The notes beneath the pieces were generated by a model. That model was not told where the DNA came from and searched no databases. It saw only the letters and a program-made list of their open reading frames with translations. The position numbers and the translations under genes are program-made. A DNA stretch of 64,000 nt from Fistulifera solaris. Its lineage: Eukaryota. How positions within the stretch are numbered: position 1 is the first letter of the stretch; each line of letters begins with the position of its first letter. Where the stretch lies: NCBI GenBank assembly GCA_030295235.1, contig AP026162.1:806001-870000 (forward strand), written 5' to 3'. This document shows, in pieces, positions 59,014 to 64,000 of the stretch.

Positions 59014-59982
59014 ATGCCTCAACAACGATACCCAAAAGTAGAGATCTTGTCGGTACAACCCCACGAAATCAAATTTATTTTGTCGGAAACGGACACGAGC
59101 GTCGCGAATGCGCTGCGTCGCATCATGATCGCTGAAGTACCGACGCTAGCGATCGATTTAGTCGAATACGCTGATAACTCGTCTGTTTTGAATGATGAGT
59201 ATATAGCGCATCGTTTGGGTCTCATCCCGATTCGTTATCAAAAACCAGACTCGATGAAAGGTTCGGATTGCACCGACGCTTTCTTGCCCCATCACGAATG
59301 CGTTTGTTACGAACATTGTTTGCGGTGCTCGGTCGAGTTTGAATTAGATGTGGCTTACACTGTCCACGGTGACGAAGATGTTTTGGCCCCATTGACGGTC
59401 ACTTCGAGGGACCTACGCAGCAATAATGAGTTGGTACATCCTGCTCATTTTCTTTCTTCGGACGAACAAGAGGAAGCACAAGACGATGGAATTGCCATTG
59501 TCAAATTGGGTCCCGGACAGAAACTTAAACTTAAGGCAATCGCACGACTTGGAATCGCCAAGGAGCACGCAAAATGGAGTCCGGTGGCAGTAGCGACCTA
59601 CCGATTCTGGCCCAATATCGTTCTCAACGACGAGCAATTGGCGACACTTTCGATGGAGCAAAAGCAGGAGTTGGTAGACGCCTGCCCCGATAGAATATTA
59701 GAAATTGACCAGACTACAGGAAAGCTACAAGCTGTGGAAAATGCTTGGGATATTTGTACTTATACCGAGGATTTAATGTATGCTCAAAATGCCCTGAAAC
59801 GAAGAAAGGAAGATGATGATTTTGTGACAGTGACACCATCCACGGACCGCTTTATCTTCTCTGTCGAAACAACAGGTTGCATGGATGCTGATGAAGTACT
59901 GATGGCGGCTCTGAAAGTTTTGAAAAAGCGATTGAACGACCTGGCCCGAGAATTAGAGACGATCAAAGAAATGAATAACTAA
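59014..59982 (+). CDS. RPB3: RNA polymerase II subunit RPB3
   Basis: TDTSVANALRRIMIAEVPTLAID, N.SVLNDEYIAHRLGLIP, Zn-binding C.C...C..CSV and GIAKEHAKWSPV motifs. Confidence 0.97.
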   Translation: MPQQRYPKVEILSVQPHEIKFILSETDTSVANALRRIMIAEVPTLAIDLVEYADNSSVLNDEYIAHRLGLIPIRYQKPDSMKGSDCTDAFLPHHECVCYEHCLRCSVEFELDVAYTVHGDEDVLAPLTVTSRDLRSNNELVHPAHFLSSDEQEEAQDDGIAIVKLGPGQKLKLKAIARLGIAKEHAKWSPVAVATYRFWPNIVLNDEQLATLSMEQKQELVDACPDRILEIDQTTGKLQAVENAWDICTYTEDLMYAQNALKRRKEDDDFVTVTPSTDRFIFSVETTGCMDADEVLMAALKVLKKRLNDLARELETIKEMNN

Positions 59983-60132
59983 TTAGAGCATTGATGTAAT
60001 CTCGTGCTCTTGATATTACGACCAAATGAATAACCACTTACTTCTCTAATATTTGCAATTCGAAAGGACTGGATTCAAATCTTTCGCATTACGCTAATAT
60101 GTTATCTATGCATTTAGTAAAATAAAAGAACA

Positions 60133-61553
60133 TTACATCTCCTCTTTGAAATTCTTGTGCTGCTGAGCAATGTACTGGTCAGCTCCGACCGCGTCTGCTA
60201 GTTTGTCAAGCAGTATGGCTGATATTATTCTGATCGGCTTCTTCAAATAATTGGGATCGTGAGGCGGTCCCTTCAATTCACCTATTCGATCAATTACTTC
60301 TTGACCAATAATGATAGTCCCGAAACAAGAAGGCGGTCCATCGTTGTCAGCTTGATTTATGTATATAGCTGGCCCTGGTCTATCTTTGATTCTATCGTTT
60401 GGCTTGAAGCACACCGTATACTTAGATTGTGGCAACGCATTGGCGCTATCTTCAGGAAACGGCAAATGGCCCAAGCCATGTGACATCATTTTGTCTATTG
60501 GGATGCTGGACTGCTTCGCGTTTGCGGTTAACTTCTTTGCCAGTGAGTTGTTTGTATTCATCAACTTTGTAGCCAAGGCAGCGGTGAGCGCGCCAGCAGA
60601 CACTGTCTGTGTCAAATCGGTCGAAAGAGTGCGTCCGTCATTGAAGTATATTGTTGGGCCACTCCATAATCCAAGGTCAATTTGTTTCAAGAAGAAAAAA
60701 ACGCTCGTCGGGGCTACGATCTCGCTTGTAACTTCAATAGTGAAGTACGAAAACATGTCATCAACATCATCTGTCAGTCTTGGCAAATACAGTTGAAATT
60801 GAATGAAATGCGGTCCGGGTCCGAATTCTTCGATGGTCAGCTTCTCAAATAGTATTTGCAAATCTTTGTCGATTGCACGTCTCTCTGCCTCAATTTGTGA
60901 TGTGTAGAGCTGATAGGACCCCCATGCCTGTTTCACCTCTTCTGCAGCCTGGTCAAGTAGCTTCCGTTCTTCGGCAAGCGCCCGCGCTTGCTGAGCGAGC
61001 TCTTTTGCAGCAGCTCTAAATGTTGCCCCATAAGAGACGACTTCTCAGGATCGGTTGTCTCGTCGCTTTCAGTAGATATTATGTTGTTCTTATTTTCCGA
61101 GTTTTCTCCGGTTGTCATTGCGGTCTGGGTTGATTGCGATTGAGATTTGGCCAATTCCACAAGAAGTTTCTCCTGACTCAACATGAGCTCATCCCTCAGT
61201 GTATTTTCAGCAACGTTGTCTTCCTGAATCTTCACAGAAGCATGTTGTCCAAACAGGATACCCAAGTAGAACGTTCCCCCAAGTAAGGCTGAGGCTATAA
61301 TAAGAAAAAGCGCAAGATTCTTCTGACAGGTTGGTGTGCGATTCTGATAGATATCTTCTTCGCTAATTCCGGCCGCAACGGAGGTTAGATCCAAGGAAAA
61401 ACTTGATTGAGAATCATCACTGTCGGTATCTCTTGTGAGCCAGGATATGTTGGATGTCATTCGACTAGTCAGCGAGTTCCTTTTTGTTGATATGATATCG
61501 TGGACCGGAGAATTTGTGTGTATCGGGAGAAAATCCGAATGTCGCTTTCCCAT
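60133..61553 (-). CDS. Type II membrane protein with a coiled coil and a degenerate cyclophilin-like domain; frameshift near 61025
   Basis: Transmembrane segment LALFLIIASALLGGTFYLGILFG; FGPGPH, AP.SV.FFL.Q...GLW, FPE, KYTV.F, PGP..YIN and CFG.II.G..V.DR pattern of diatom cyclophilin-like proteins. Confidence 0.65.
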
Positions 61554-62097
61554 GGTTGCTTACTTAGTCGGTTCGTTCTTCTTGCTCAACTCGCTTTAAT
61601 CATTCACCATGTGGCTTATTGATCTCAAAGAATGAAATCGAATTGGAATAGAAGAAGATACTCTCAATGTGATTGTCTCGATGCACGCGTTTCTTTTTGT
61701 TTGCTTTCAACATCGCGTTTTTGCTTTACGGAGTTTCATAAGGATCAAGGCCGATACTATACAATATCGATGTACTCCGTATCTAATTTACTTCAACAGA
61801 ATGCGTTCAACTATCTATCTCACGTCAACGGAACTAAAACGATTTATCTATCAAATTTTCTAACGTAGACGTTATTAGTGCTTATATCAAAGTACATTAA
61901 AAAGTAGAGAATACTTCCAACGGATCAATGCGTCTGTCGTTTGGTCGTCTACCCCTAACCCAACCCCAAACAAAACGGAACAACAACCATTTTTGCCACC
62001 GCTCATTATTGTGCTTATTCAACGATTCATTCCTTATTCAACACATTCCTTATCAACGCATTTCAAGAGACTCTTTAGAGTGCCTCTAATCGAAAGT

Positions 62098-63052
62098 ATG
62101 GTCAAACCAAAAGGAGGCGGTAAAAGAAACCAAGTGGACAGCACTCGCGGATCAAAACATCGCACCAGCAACGGGTTCGAGATGGGATTCTAGAGAGTAG
62201 TGAAGAAGACATCAAACGGCGCAATGAAGAGCTTACGTTCTGTGGTGAAGTGAAGAAAGATCCGTTCAAAGGTCTTTCGTTGCGAATGTGGGATTTCGCT
62301 CAATGCGATCCGAAGCGCTGTACGGGAGCACGATTGGCGAAACGTGGTATTTTTCAGAAAATGCCGCTGAAGCAAAACTTCCGAGGGATTGTTCTCAGTC
62401 CTCAAGGTACTCAATCGGTGAGCCCCGCAGATTTGCCCATTCTCGAAAAGTCCGGTATATCATTGATTGACTGTTCGTGGGCGCGTTTGGATGAAATTCC
62501 GTTTCGACAAATGCAAGCCGGACATCATCGACTTTTACCCTTTATGGTGGCGGCGAACACTGTCAATTACGGCAAGCCAAGTAAGCTGAGCTGTGCCGAA
62601 GCTGCTGCCGCGACTTTGTATATCTGTGGAAAGCAAGATGCTGCCATAGCTTTGATGGACGAGTTTTCCTGGGGCGGGAATTTTTGCGTCTCAACAAAGA
62701 AGTTCTTGAATTGTACGCAAGTTGTACAGATTCGACCGAAGTTGTTGAGAAGCAAAACGAGTGGTTAGCAAAGTCAGAGCTTCAAGCGACTCGCTTAGTA
62801 AATGCCGACGACTACGCGTTAGGTGATCTTCCTCCTGATGATGACGAGTTCAATGAGGACGACGAATATTCAGTAAGCGACGATGCTTCTGAACCTGAGG
62901 TTGACAAATTTGGTAATTTCGTTGAAAAGGGGAATGAAAATAGTGATGACGAATACAATTCGTCGTCAGAAGATGATTCCGAGTTGGAAGTGGATCGTTT
63001 TGGTAACTTCGTTGCGAAGCAGAAGGATGTCGGAGAGGAAAATTTTGAATAG
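62098..63052 (+). CDS. TSR3: 18S rRNA aminocarboxypropyltransferase Tsr3; frameshifts near 62150-62240 and 62680
   Basis: MWDF.QCDPKRCTG.RL, DCSWARLDE, RLLPFMVAANTVNYGKP.KLSCAEA.AA and FSWG motifs; acidic tail. Confidence 0.94.
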
Positions 63053-63272
63053 CCTGCACGTCAGACATTTGTTGTTACGGTCGACCTCGTTAGGTCTAGC
63101 GCATCCTATGAAGACAACATGAATGGAGTCCTTAGATTTAACATCAGCAAGCCTATTTACGATCAAATATGATGCAAGAAGAGTCCATTTTTGAATGCAA
63201 CACTCAGCGCTCATTATCCAAGATGCCAATCATTTGCAAAATCCTCTATAACTACATCTGTAAAGCATCGTA

Positions 63273-64000
63273 CTATAATTTAATTCTTTCTTTGGGATGC
63301 ATGAAGAAACAGTCTTTTCGTGCACACTCCGCCCCGAAGCGGCATTGTACTTTTGAAATCTTCGTTTATCCTTCTTGATAGCCGCGTGCCCTCCTCCCCA
63401 TTTTAACACAGAAGGTGCAGCTTTATTTGATGTTGCGTCGGGTAAAATGGAATCCATCCCGTTGTTAGTCCATTCAACATCTTCTGCTCGAACAGTTACT
63501 CCCTCTTCGACACACAGGGGGCATCTTAGTAGCAAATTGTCGTCCTTTTTGGATTTCGACGACATGCATTTATCACACATGAGCACCGGAACACCGCACA
63601 TACTGCATTTCTTTTTTCCAAGATAGCGATCCCATGGTTTCTCGCATAAACAGCATTTTGTTTCTGTTGTAGATGAGTTGCTGTGACCAAGAACGCCTCC
63701 ATCGCCGTCCCTATCTCCGGCTCCACAAGCTTCCCGTTTATCAAATACAAAGTTTTTACCTCGAAAATAACCTCCCGTCGGAAATTCTTGAAGATATTTC
63801 TCCACGCCACCTTGTAGTTGAAAAACGCCTTTCACGTTAGTAACTGTATTTCGTAGGTACGCAGAAGCACGTTCACAACGCACTCCACCCGTGCAGAATA
63901 GCATGACATTCTTGTCTTGCAATTTTTCCTGTGTTTCCTTCTTGTTCAGCCACTTGGCAAAATCTGTACTCTTGCGCATCTTCGGATCAATGTACTCTGC
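63273..64000 (-). CDS. Rhodanese-domain protein (TrhO/YceA/TSTD2-like) with a C-terminal CCCH zinc finger; 5' part lies beyond the window
   Basis: VMLFCTGGVRCERAS and VFQLQGGVEKYL..FP.GG.F.GKNFVFDKR motifs, then a Cys-rich region. One extra A at ~63352 gives QCRFGAECARKDCFFMHP...KL* with the stop at 63273. Confidence 0.85.

Noticed and set aside
61950..61970. Interstitial telomeric repeat (ACCCCTAACCCAACCCC)
   Set aside because: Only about one true unit; compatible with C/A-rich promoter sequence.

Overview
Gene-dense eukaryotic nuclear DNA, almost certainly from a diatom. Evidence: short GT-AG introns of 67-99 bp, bipartite ASAFAP-type plastid presequences, and DUF6824, LRR and cyclophilin-like families typical of diatoms; the genus cannot be fixed from sequence alone. 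About 30 protein genes are supported, including plastid TPI, a GST, PRP31, a PPR-like protein, WDR12/YTM1, U1-70K, OSCA/CSC1, a probable G-protein gamma subunit, Nup54, COQ3, mitochondrial S9, DEPDC5/IML1, RRP6, RNase Z, ECH1, SDH4, RPB3, TSR3 and a rhodanese/TrhO-like gene. Many genes carry single-base frameshifts, mostly at homopolymer runs, best explained as long-read consensus errors. The most unusual items are non-coding. (1) A ~3 kb bipartite structure between SDH4 and RPB3: about 11 tandem ~220-bp repeats joined to the 3' end (restriction-like endonuclease plus 3' UTR) of a CRE-clade non-LTR retrotransposon. (2) A ~270-bp dispersed element whose three copies each end, in the same orientation, about 140-175 bp upstream of a start codon. 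(3) Several other repeat families, all confined to upstream regions. (4) A cluster of three CCRE/bZIP motifs upstream of plastid TPI. All family assignments come from motif recognition by eye, without database searches.
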